Part shown: positions 9,144-17,854 of the stretch, piece after piece
How the letters are laid out: every line of letters starts with the position of its first letter
Numbering within the stretch: position 1 is the first letter of the stretch
NCBI GenBank assembly: GCA_049974095.1
Contig: JBMFJD010000010.1
Coordinates: forward strand, 1-32,000
From: Nanopusillaceae archaeon
Lineage (GTDB): Archaea > Nanobdellota > Nanobdellia > Nanobdellales > Nanobdellaceae
DNA length: 32,000 nt
Reading direction: 5' to 3'
Notes under the pieces: generated by a model
Database searches by the model: none
What the model was told of the DNA's origin: nothing
The model's input: the letters and a program-made list of their open reading frames with translations, nothing else
Made by a program: the position numbers and the translations under genes

Positions 9144-11555
9144 ATGAAAGTATTTGTTATAGATTTTGATCATGATAAAGAAAAAGTATATATTTATGGA
9201 AGAGATGAAAATGGAAAAAAGGTAAGAATTGAATATGATCAACCATATTATGTATATTTAATATTAAAAGATGAAAAATATTTAAATGAAATAGAAAATA
9301 AATTAAAAGAAGAAAAATATGTAAAGAAATATGAAATTGAAAAAAAGAATTTTATTGGAAAAGAATATACTGTAATTAAAGTATATTTAAACCAGGATGA
9401 TTATGATAAAATAAAACAATTTGCAGATAAATTAAAAGAAGAAGGTAAATTAGTTGGAAAAAAAGAAGGAGATATACTAATTATTAAAAAATTCCAGATA
9501 GATAATAATATATATCCATTAGATTGGTATGATTTAGATTTAGAATTAATAAAAAAAGGAGATATTGACTATTATAAATTTAAAAAAAATAATGGAAAAG
9601 TTGATGGAAAATATAATTTAAAAGTTGTTGCAATAGATATTGAAACTGTATCTGAACAAGCAATTCCTTCTCCAGATAAAGTACCAATTTATTTAGTTTC
9701 AATATATGATGGAAAAAATTATTATTCAATATATTGGAGTGGAAATGCAGAAATTGGGATAAAAGTAAATAATGAATTAGAATTATTAAAAAAGTTTAAT
9801 GATATAATAAAAGAAATAGATCCAGATGTAATTGTAGGATATAATTCAAATAATTTTGATTTTTATTTCTTATATGAAAGAGCAAAAAAATTAGGATTTA
9901 ATTTTAATTTTGGATGGGATGGAAAAGGAATTATATATACAAAGAAAAGAGAAGAAGATAAAAAATATAAAATTACTGGAATACAACATGTAGATTTATA
10001 TGATATTGTATCAATATTATTTGCTCCTCAATTAAATTCAGAAACTTATTCATTAGATGAAGTTGCAAAAGAAATATTGGGAGAAGGAAAAATGGATATG
10101 GATATTAATAAAATGACAGATATAATTTATAATACAAAAGATTTTAATTATTTAATAAAATATAATCAAAAAGATGTTGATTTAACTTTTAGATTATATA
10201 AATATTTTGAAAATATTTTAATTGAAATTTCAAGATTGGTTGGAATAACATTATATGAATTATCTGGAAGTACATATGGAATATTAGTAGAAAATTATTT
10301 AATTAAAAAGGCAAGGGAATTTAATGAAATAATACCAAATAGACCAAAACCTGAAGAAGTTGAAGAAAGGAGAAAAATAACATATGCTGGAGCAATTGTA
10401 TTAGAACCAAAACCTGGATTATATAAAAATATTGCAGTATATGATTTTAGGTCTCTATATCCATCAATAATTATTAGATATAATATTTCTCCAGATACAT
10501 TAAAATGTGAACATGAAGAATGTAAAAAGGATAAAATAATTGCTGAAACAAGTTTAGGAAAAATTGAAGTATGGTTTTGTAAAAAGAAAAAAGGATTTAT
10601 TTCTACAATATTAGAAAAAATATTTGAAGAAAGAGCTGAAATAAAGAAAAAAATGAAAAATATGGATAAAAATAGTGAAGAATATAAAATACTAGATAGT
10701 AGGCAAATTGCATTAAAATATATAATTAATTCTACATATGGATATTTAGGATTTCCAAATTCTAGATGGTATTGTTTGGAATGTGCATCGTCAGTTACTG
10801 CTTTAGGAAGGAAACATATAACAGAAGTAAAAGAATTTATTGAAAAGAAAGGATATAAAGTATTATATGGAGATACAGATTCAATTTTTGTAATTGTAAA
10901 TAATAAAGAAGATGCATTGAAATTATTAGAAGAAATAAATTCTATTTTACCAAAACCATTAGAAATGGAATTTGAAGATTATTATATATCTGGAATCTTT
11001 GTTGAAAAAAGATCTGGAGAAGGAGGTGCTAGAAAGAAATATGCGTTATTATCTGAAGATGAAAGTATAAAATTGAGAGGATTTGAAGTTGTAAGAAGAG
11101 ATTGGTCAGATATTGCTGGAGAAGTACAGGAAAATGTAATAAGATTAGCATTAGAAGGAAAAATAAATGAAATAAACCAATATCTTTCTGATGTAATAAA
11201 TAAAATAAAGAATCATGTATATCCAAAAGAAAAATTTATTTTAAGGGAACAATTAAGGAAAGAATTATCTGAATATGAAGTAACAGCTCCTCATGTAATT
11301 GCTGCAAAGAAATATAAAGAAAGAGGATATAATGTTGGAAAAGGATTTATTGTAGAATATATTATTGTAAGAGGAGGAGAAAAGATATCTGATAAAGTAA
11401 GATTAGTGGATGAAGTAAAAGATAATGAATATGATCCAGATTATTATATAAATAAACAAATAATACCTGCAGTAGAATCTATATTAAGGGCATTAAATAT
11501 ACATATAGAAAATATTGGAAAGGTACAAAAAAATATTTTATCATTCTTTAAATAA
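9144..11555 (+). CDS. polB: family B DNA polymerase, contiguous and intein-free
   Basis: Exo I VVAIDIET, Exo II YNSNNFDFYFL, Exo III YNQKDVDLTF. Pol motif A DFRSLYPSII, motif B KYIINSTYGYLG, motif C YGDTDS. 803 aa. Confidence 0.95.
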   Translation: MKVFVIDFDHDKEKVYIYGRDENGKKVRIEYDQPYYVYLILKDEKYLNEIENKLKEEKYVKKYEIEKKNFIGKEYTVIKVYLNQDDYDKIKQFADKLKEEGKLVGKKEGDILIIKKFQIDNNIYPLDWYDLDLELIKKGDIDYYKFKKNNGKVDGKYNLKVVAIDIETVSEQAIPSPDKVPIYLVSIYDGKNYYSIYWSGNAEIGIKVNNELELLKKFNDIIKEIDPDVIVGYNSNNFDFYFLYERAKKLGFNFNFGWDGKGIIYTKKREEDKKYKITGIQHVDLYDIVSILFAPQLNSETYSLDEVAKEILGEGKMDMDINKMTDIIYNTKDFNYLIKYNQKDVDLTFRLYKYFENILIEISRLVGITLYELSGSTYGILVENYLIKKAREFNEIIPNRPKPEEVEERRKITYAGAIVLEPKPGLYKNIAVYDFRSLYPSIIIRYNISPDTLKCEHEECKKDKIIAETSLGKIEVWFCKKKKGFISTILEKIFEERAEIKKKMKNMDKNSEEYKILDSRQIALKYIINSTYGYLGFPNSRWYCLECASSVTALGRKHITEVKEFIEKKGYKVLYGDTDSIFVIVNNKEDALKLLEEINSILPKPLEMEFEDYYISGIFVEKRSGEGGARKKYALLSEDESIKLRGFEVVRRDWSDIAGEVQENVIRLALEGKINEINQYLSDVINKIKNHVYPKEKFILREQLRKELSEYEVTAPHVIAAKKYKERGYNVGKGFIVEYIIVRGGEKISDKVRLVDEVKDNEYDPDYYINKQIIPAVESILRALNIHIENIGKVQKNILSFFK

Positions 11556-11878
11556 TGGATGAGATAGAGGAATATGAAAAAATATTAGATGAGTTAGAGA
11601 AAAAGATAAAAAATTTAAAAGAAGAATTAGAAAAAAATAAAAGATTAAATTTAGAATTAAAAGATAAGTATTTTAAATTAAAAATGCTTTTGGAAGATAA
11701 AAAGAAAGATTATAAAGAAATATTAGAAGAATTAAAGTACTTACTTCTTAATATAGATCAAAAACTGAATGATATTGAGGATATTAAAAAAAGAGTTTAT
11801 AACCTAGAACTTAGGGTAGATTTGTTATCAAAAAATATAGAAGAGATAAAGAAAGATATGATAAAAGAAAAGATATAA
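11555..11878 (+). CDS. small coiled-coil protein, function unknown
   Basis: 107 aa of K/E/L heptad-like sequence. The start codon overlaps the polB stop (TAATG). Confidence 0.5.
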   Translation: MDEIEEYEKILDELEKKIKNLKEELEKNKRLNLELKDKYFKLKMLLEDKKKDYKEILEELKYLLLNIDQKLNDIEDIKKRVYNLELRVDLLSKNIEEIKKDMIKEKI

Positions 11879-11910
11879 AATTAATAAAGATATAGGTTGA
11901 TAGTTTATAT

Positions 11911-13062
11911 ATGGATATAAAAGAAAATTTTAATATAATAGAGGAGTTCTATACCTATGTAAAAAAGTTTAATGATAAGCTAATAGAACTAAATAAGGCA
12001 TTAAATAAATATGTAGAAAAAACAGAATTTTATGATCAATTAGATGGATTAAGAGAAGAATTAGAAGAAGTTAAAAAATCATTAGATAATTATAAATCAT
12101 ATTTAAATGAAGATGTATTAGAAAAAATAAGATATATACAAGATATCAAATTAAAAGTAGATGTATTAGAAAATAATCAGAAAAATTTTGTTGATTATTC
12201 ATATTTAGTAGATATAAAATCTAAATTAAATAAATTGGAAGGAGAAATAAATGATTTATTAACAAAAGTATCAAATTCTGAAGAAAAAATTAAAGAATTC
12301 GAAGAAGAAAAAGAAAAAATATCACAAATAGATAATAAATTAGAAGAAATAAATAATAATTATGTAAATAAAGAAGAATTTGAAAAAATAAAACAAGAAA
12401 TAAATAAGGTTACTGAAGCTGTTTCAAAAACATTAGAAAAAATATCCTCAGATTTAATACAATATAATAAATTGTTAGAAGATGTATCAGAAATAAAAGA
12501 AAAGGAACTATTTCAAATAAACAATAAAATAGAAGAATTAGAAGAAAAATATAAGAAAATAGATAAAGATTTTGATAAAAAAATTGGAGAAATGAGTTAT
12601 TTATTAGAAATAAAAGAAGAAGATATAAAAAATATTAAAAATATAAAGATAGCAGAAGAATTGTATAATAAATATGTTAATTTTGAAAATAGATTAAATG
12701 GTATGTATACATTATTTGAAGATCTTCAAAATATTGTAAATGATATAAAAAATAAAACACAAGATATAGAAAAGGTAAAAGAATTTGAAAATAAAATGAA
12801 TGAATTAGAAAGTAAAATGGGAAATCTTAGAAATGAGCTAAATGATTTGAAATATGAAATATTGGATTCAAAAGATATTGTAGAAACAGTATTAGCAGAT
12901 TATGAAAAAATGGAAAATAGAATAAAAAGAATAGAAAATGTTTTACAATTAACGAACTTTGATTATATTGTTGGAGAAGTTGAAAAGATTAAAGAATTAG
13001 AGAATGATATAGAGAATATAAAAAGGGAATTATATGAAAGAAGAATAAGTACTAGATCTTAA
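11911..13062 (+). CDS. long coiled-coil protein, function unknown
   Basis: 383 aa, nearly continuous E/K/L/I/N heptad-like sequence with no enzymatic motif. Confidence 0.55.
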   Translation: MDIKENFNIIEEFYTYVKKFNDKLIELNKALNKYVEKTEFYDQLDGLREELEEVKKSLDNYKSYLNEDVLEKIRYIQDIKLKVDVLENNQKNFVDYSYLVDIKSKLNKLEGEINDLLTKVSNSEEKIKEFEEEKEKISQIDNKLEEINNNYVNKEEFEKIKQEINKVTEAVSKTLEKISSDLIQYNKLLEDVSEIKEKELFQINNKIEELEEKYKKIDKDFDKKIGEMSYLLEIKEEDIKNIKNIKIAEELYNKYVNFENRLNGMYTLFEDLQNIVNDIKNKTQDIEKVKEFENKMNELESKMGNLRNELNDLKYEILDSKDIVETVLADYEKMENRIKRIENVLQLTNFDYIVGEVEKIKELENDIENIKRELYERRISTRS

Positions 13063-13415
13063 TGAATATTCTTTAATTTTTCAATAATATTGATCATTTT
13101 ATCAATAATATTATATAATTTTAATATTTTTTCTTTTGGTATATCTTTTATATTTTCTTCATTTAATATATCTATAAAATCTAATAATTGATTTTGTTTT
13201 ATAATATATAATTCATCAAAGTATCCTTCTTCTTCTAATCTATATAACATAGAAATTAATTTTACAGCATCATTTGAATTACTCAAATCAACTTCTTTTT
13301 TTAATATAACATTTACTTTTCCCTTACTTTTTTCTCTAGCTTCTTTTATTTTTTTATCCAATTCTAATATTTTTCTTCTCTTGCTATATTCTGATGAAGG
13401 AATTATTAATGGCAT
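13059..13415 (-). CDS. hypothetical protein, 118 aa
   Basis: ORF with typical local composition. It converges with a 4-nt overlap on the coiled-coil gene and lies directly downstream of the C/D box sRNA on the same strand. Confidence 0.45.
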   Translation of the reverse strand: MPLIIPSSEYSKRRKILELDKKIKEAREKSKGKVNVILKKEVDLSNSNDAVKLISMLYRLEEEGYFDELYIIKQNQLLDFIDILNEENIKDIPKEKILKLYNIIDKMINIIEKLKNIH

Positions 13416-13443
13416 AATAAAATATGATTTTTAGAAATTTAAA

Positions 13444-13497
13444 AATCAGCAGCTACTCCAATCATCATTTTTCAGGGGGTGTCCACATCATCATAAT
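13444..13497 (-). ncRNA. C/D box sRNA (2'-O-methylation guide)
   Basis: Minus strand reads AUGAUGA (C, 13494-13488), UGUGGACACCCC (12 nt), CUGA (D', 13475-13472), AAA, AUGAUGA (C', 13468-13462), UUGGAGUAGCUG (12 nt), CUGA (D, 13449-13446), UUUUU. This is canonical archaeal geometry with 12-nt guides and a 3-nt D'-C' linker. It is the only relatively GC-rich patch in this spacer. Confidence 0.8.
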
Positions 13498-13528
13498 AGT
13501 TTATAAGAATTTATTTTTTTAACTTTAT

Positions 13529-14509
13529 ATGTATGAAATAATTCCAATGCTAATTGTCGATTCTATTATTTTAGGAATATCTTCTTATCAGGATATAAAA
13601 TATAAATCTGTTGATGATATCATTATTTATTCTTTATTTATTTTTAATATATTTTACTTTCTTTTTTTAATTTATTTAGGATATTATCCTCAAAATATTT
13701 TATTTTCTTATTTTATTCTTCTACTTTTTATAATTTTATATTCTCTAAGATTATTAGCAATTGGGGATCTATATGTATTTTTCTCTATTTTCTTATTATT
13801 ATCATATTTTTCTCTAAATAGTCTATTTTTATTCTTCTTTTATTTATTTCTTTTTGGATTTATATTTCATAATCTTGAAGGGGCAAAAATATTTTATAAG
13901 AATAATAATAAATATTTCTATTTATCTATTTTAGATATAATAATTATTTTGCTTTCTATTTACTTTATTTATAATTTCTTTTTCTCCTATTCAATTCTTT
14001 ATCTATTTATTTCTTTAATATTTTTATATATTTCATATTTTATCTTTAGAATATTTGAAAAAGAATTAAGGGAAAAATTAACATTTAGGAGAAAAGCAGA
14101 AGAGCTTGTTGAGGGGGATTGGATTGAAGATAATATTGAGTTAGAAAAAATAGAAGAAGAAGATATGAATTTATTATTAAAATATTTTGATGTAGAAAGA
14201 AAAGAAAAATATATTTTAAGATTTAAGAAGGAAAAAATATATAATAAAATTTTATTAATAATTATCTCTATTTTACCAATTATTTTTTATATAATCTCTC
14301 TTAAGTTCTTTATATTTTCAATTATAATAATACTATTATCTTTTCATATATTTCAAAATAAAATATTCAAAGGAAGGAAAGGTTTATCAAAAGAAGAAAT
14401 TGAAGTTTTAAAGAAGGTATCTAAATATAATAAAATAGAATTTAATGTATATGAAGGAGCTCCATTTGTTCCACCAATATTCTTTGCCTTAATATTATTA
14501 ATAATATGA
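13529..14509 (+). CDS. type IV prepilin/prearchaellin peptidase-like (A24 family, PibD/FlaK-type) with extended C-terminal region
   Basis: Polytopic membrane protein with Asp22 in SSYQDIKYKSVDD and Asp80 in LLAIGDLYVF. This is the same two-Asp spacing and G-x-G-D-like context as archaeal PibD/FlaK catalytic aspartates. A K/E-rich soluble insert and further TM segments follow. Confidence 0.65.
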   Translation: MYEIIPMLIVDSIILGISSYQDIKYKSVDDIIIYSLFIFNIFYFLFLIYLGYYPQNILFSYFILLLFIILYSLRLLAIGDLYVFFSIFLLLSYFSLNSLFLFFFYLFLFGFIFHNLEGAKIFYKNNNKYFYLSILDIIIILLSIYFIYNFFFSYSILYLFISLIFLYISYFIFRIFEKELREKLTFRRKAEELVEGDWIEDNIELEKIEEEDMNLLLKYFDVERKEKYILRFKKEKIYNKILLIIISILPIIFYIISLKFFIFSIIIILLSFHIFQNKIFKGRKGLSKEEIEVLKKVSKYNKIEFNVYEGAPFVPPIFFALILLII

Positions 14510-15516
14510 AATATAATATAATAGACAAAAAAACAATCAAAATTAATGCTGAACTAGATGAAGATTTAATATATTTGTATAAAATAATAAATCCTGGAGA
14601 TATAATTGAAGGGGAAGATTATAGGGTAATAAAATTTGAAAATGAAAAAGAGAAAATAAAAGTAAAGATAAAAATAGAAGTAGAAGATATAAAATTTTCT
14701 CAATATGGAAATTCATTAAGAGTATCTGGAAAAATATTGGAAGCAGATAAGGAAGTTGTTGGACATTATCATACATTTGATATAAAAGTTGGAAGCGAAT
14801 TTAAATTATATAAAAAAGATGGGATAAAAAGTTATGAATTAAAAATATTGGAAAAATCTAAAAAAAGAAAAAATCAAATTTTTGTTGTTTCTTTAGATAA
14901 TAATGAAATTGCAGTTGGAATAATTAATAATGGGGTAAAAATATTAAAGGAAGAAGAAATAAATATAAGTAAAGGAGATCCTGAAGAAGAATCTAAAAGA
15001 AAAAAGATATATTCTGAAATATTAAATATAATAAATGAATATAAATTAAAATATTTATGTATTATTGGCCCGGCATTCTATCCTGAAGAATTTTATGAAT
15101 ATATAAAGGAAAAAGCAAATGTAGAAAAAATATTGACATTTAAAGTATCAAATGGTGGTGTAAATGGAATTTATGAATTTATTAGAAGAAAGGAATATTA
15201 TGATACATTAAAAAATATTGAAATATTTGAATTAAATAAATTAATGGATGAAATATTATATTTAATCCAAAAAAATTTAATTGCGTTTGGATTTGAAGAA
15301 GTATATAAAAATGCATTATATGGGAATATAGAATATGTATTAATTACTGAAGAATTTTTTAAAAAAATGAAAGAAGAAAATATTAATAAATTATTAGAAT
15401 TATTTGAGATATTAGATAAAATAAATTCAGAAATCTATTTTGTAAATGAAAATATACAGAATTATGAATTAATAAATAAATTTGGTATTATAGGAAAGTT
15501 AAGATATAAAATATAA
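14506..15516 (+). CDS. pelA: Pelota (Dom34 homologue), mRNA surveillance/ribosome rescue factor
   Basis: 336 aa. The N-terminus MKYNIIDKKTIKINAELDEDLIYLYKIINPGDIIEGEDYR matches the Pelota N-domain pattern. Length and three-domain layout are consistent. Confidence 0.8.
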   Translation: MKYNIIDKKTIKINAELDEDLIYLYKIINPGDIIEGEDYRVIKFENEKEKIKVKIKIEVEDIKFSQYGNSLRVSGKILEADKEVVGHYHTFDIKVGSEFKLYKKDGIKSYELKILEKSKKRKNQIFVVSLDNNEIAVGIINNGVKILKEEEINISKGDPEEESKRKKIYSEILNIINEYKLKYLCIIGPAFYPEEFYEYIKEKANVEKILTFKVSNGGVNGIYEFIRRKEYYDTLKNIEIFELNKLMDEILYLIQKNLIAFGFEEVYKNALYGNIEYVLITEEFFKKMKEENINKLLELFEILDKINSEIYFVNENIQNYELINKFGIIGKLRYKI

Positions 15517-15541
15517 ATTTTCAGATATGTCTATATAATAT

Positions 15542-16591
15542 ATGAAAAGAAGATATCAAACAATGGCAGTAGGTTTATTTTTTGTACTATTAGGTCTTGC
15601 TTTATTAATATATTGGATTCTATTACCAGTTCCTTCTAAACAACAGCTCCTTCAAGAAATACTAAATCAAACAAATATTTCAATGCAAACAAGTCAAATA
15701 ACTACACAGATATCTCAACAATATCAATATGAAAATATTGAATTATCGACTTCTTCTATTTATTATTATATTGCTAATAATTATACTATAGGAAATTATA
15801 TTCCATCATATATAATTTATTTAGGAAATTCAAAATTTCAATCTAATATATTTTATGGTAAGATAAGTAAGGAATACTATTTTTATTTTTCTAATAATTC
15901 ATTGGGAGTTAATTTAACAGCAATTTTTTCATGCAGTAATGGATATTTTGACATATACATTAATGGTCAAGAAATCTATTCTGGATGTCAAAACGGACAA
16001 TTTAGTATATTTATTCCTTCTTCATATTTAATATATGGAGAGAATGGATTAAAAATAGAATTTGTACCAGATAGTATAATATTTAATGGATTTGGAGAAA
16101 TAAATAATTTAGAAATAACCTATTTACAACAAAATTCTTTATCTTTCTCTTATTATTATGTTTCTGGAAATGCATATATGTACTATGATTTTTGTCCATA
16201 TTATCCTCAAGATGTGGAATTAATAGTAAATAATTTATCCATACCTCTTTCTTCATGTTCTGGTTTATTTTATTTAACACCATATTTGAATATTGGGGAA
16301 AATAATATTGAATTAATATCTTCATATCCAGTTAATATTAATCAATTATATTTACAATCTAATCAACATTTATTTTTTATATTATTTCCAAATAATATAG
16401 AAAATAATTTGCTAGAAGTTATAGTAAGTAAAGGAGAAGGAACTATGATATTAAATAATAACTGTGTTTATTATGTAAATTCTGAGCAATCTGTATATGC
16501 AATCAATATTTCTAATTGCTTATTACCTGAAAATATTTTAGAAATAAGGCCAACAGGATATTTATATATTTCATATTTACAAATATCATAA
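15542..16591 (+). CDS. exported/membrane-anchored surface protein 1 of 4, N/S/Y/I-rich, Cys-containing
   Basis: N-terminal basic segment plus hydrophobic helix (MKRRYQTMAVGLFFVLLGLALLIYWILL). The body is very poor in K/E and rich in N, S, Y, Q, with several N-x-S/T sequons (NQT, NIS, NYT, NLT, NLS) and paired Cys. Confidence 0.6.
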   Translation: MKRRYQTMAVGLFFVLLGLALLIYWILLPVPSKQQLLQEILNQTNISMQTSQITTQISQQYQYENIELSTSSIYYYIANNYTIGNYIPSYIIYLGNSKFQSNIFYGKISKEYYFYFSNNSLGVNLTAIFSCSNGYFDIYINGQEIYSGCQNGQFSIFIPSSYLIYGENGLKIEFVPDSIIFNGFGEINNLEITYLQQNSLSFSYYYVSGNAYMYYDFCPYYPQDVELIVNNLSIPLSSCSGLFYLTPYLNIGENNIELISSYPVNINQLYLQSNQHLFFILFPNNIENNLLEVIVSKGEGTMILNNNCVYYVNSEQSVYAINISNCLLPENILEIRPTGYLYISYLQIS

Positions 16592-16592
16592 A

Positions 16593-17819
16593 ATGAGAAA
16601 AAAGAGTGGTGCTGGTGCTGTCTTTCTTCTATTTATATTGGTAGCTATTGGTATTCTCTTTTACTTTTATGGGGGAAGAATTATACAAGCAGTTGAAGTA
16701 TATATGTACAATCCAGGAAGTTCTAGTATTATTCAAGCTGGAGAAAATTTATTCAATGGATTTTACGGATCTTTGCAAGCAGTTTATAATATTCTATCAA
16801 ATCCTGAGCAATATGCAGAAAAACAATTAATGCAAACAGAACCTGCAAATCAACAGGTTTATTCTTATACCATAAATTTACAACCATTACAGTCTCTACC
16901 AGGTTTAATAGAAAAAGATGGAAATACTACCCAAACAGAAGTAGAATATGAATTTGAATATTCTTTACCTGCAAATGAAATACAAAATAATCAAGTAGAA
17001 TTTATATGTAATAGTAGTTATCCTTCATTACTTAATGGATGTTTTATAGATTTTCCAACTACTTCTAATGTTCAACCATCTTCAACATCAATATCTAGTC
17101 CTTTTCAAGTTCAAACAGTAGTATGTCAAATTCCATCATTTCAAATAAATACGTCTAATTGTAATTCTATTTTATCATTAGGCTTTACTATAGATAATAA
17201 TATTAAAGCTATTATAAATGATGTTATGAGTAGTACTAAATATAATTTCTTGGCAGTAAGTGCTACAATTGCTGCATATGCGAATGCTAATAATGAAAAT
17301 ATTTATACATACCTAAAAATAAATCCATCTGGATACGATGTTGGAATCTATAATGGAGTTTATAATTTACCATATATAGAAATTGGAAGAGCAGGAAAAG
17401 AAAGTGGATATCCTGTTTTATTAGAAAATAATCAAACTGCATATGATGTAATATTTATTAGTTTAGATTCTATTAATGGGATAAAAAAGATTAATTCATG
17501 GACCCTTTCATTTATTTATGATCCGTCACAAATTAATTTAGAATATTTAAATGGAAATCAATGTACTAATTCTTATTCTTTTGGAAATAATCGAGAATAT
17601 GAAATATCATGCAATAATAATAATTGTAATATATATGTAAATTCAGATTTTTTGAAAATATTACAAAATAATGGACAATTGTTAATTTTAGCAATACCTT
17701 TATGTATGCAACCAGGTTCCAGTTTCCAAGGATATACAACAGTAACAATTATTTCAAATATTAGTTATAATTATTTGCTGTCATCTTCTGCTACTATAAA
17801 TTATTATACATCTTCATAG
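16593..17819 (+). CDS. exported/membrane-anchored surface protein 2 of 4
   Basis: MRKKSGAGAVFLLFILVAIGILFYFYGG is a pilin-like N-terminal hydrophobic helix. The body is Q/N/S/T/Y-rich and K/E-poor with multiple Cys. The start is 1 nt after the preceding stop. Confidence 0.6.
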   Translation: MRKKSGAGAVFLLFILVAIGILFYFYGGRIIQAVEVYMYNPGSSSIIQAGENLFNGFYGSLQAVYNILSNPEQYAEKQLMQTEPANQQVYSYTINLQPLQSLPGLIEKDGNTTQTEVEYEFEYSLPANEIQNNQVEFICNSSYPSLLNGCFIDFPTTSNVQPSSTSISSPFQVQTVVCQIPSFQINTSNCNSILSLGFTIDNNIKAIINDVMSSTKYNFLAVSATIAAYANANNENIYTYLKINPSGYDVGIYNGVYNLPYIEIGRAGKESGYPVLLENNQTAYDVIFISLDSINGIKKINSWTLSFIYDPSQINLEYLNGNQCTNSYSFGNNREYEISCNNNNCNIYVNSDFLKILQNNGQLLILAIPLCMQPGSSFQGYTTVTIISNISYNYLLSSSATINYYTSS

Positions 17820-17854
17820 AAATGTTTATATTTTATTAAATAGAAAAATTAAAT

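Noticed and set aside
7671-11555. Inteins in RtcB or PolB, and split tRNA halves or other GC-rich orphan RNA pieces in spacers
   Set aside because: Both proteins have normal lengths with contiguous motifs. The only GC-rich non-coding islands are the two complete tRNAs and the C/D sRNA guide region.
11555-11878. 107-aa coiled-coil protein as prefoldin beta
   Set aside because: The size fits, but the sequence is a continuous coiled coil without the central beta-hairpin segment typical of prefoldin subunits.
15542-15610. Twin-arginine (Tat) signal in MKRRYQTMAVGLFF...
   Set aside because: RR is present, but the surrounding residues do not fit the S/T-R-R-x-F-L-K consensus. A generic N-terminal anchor or Sec signal is more likely.
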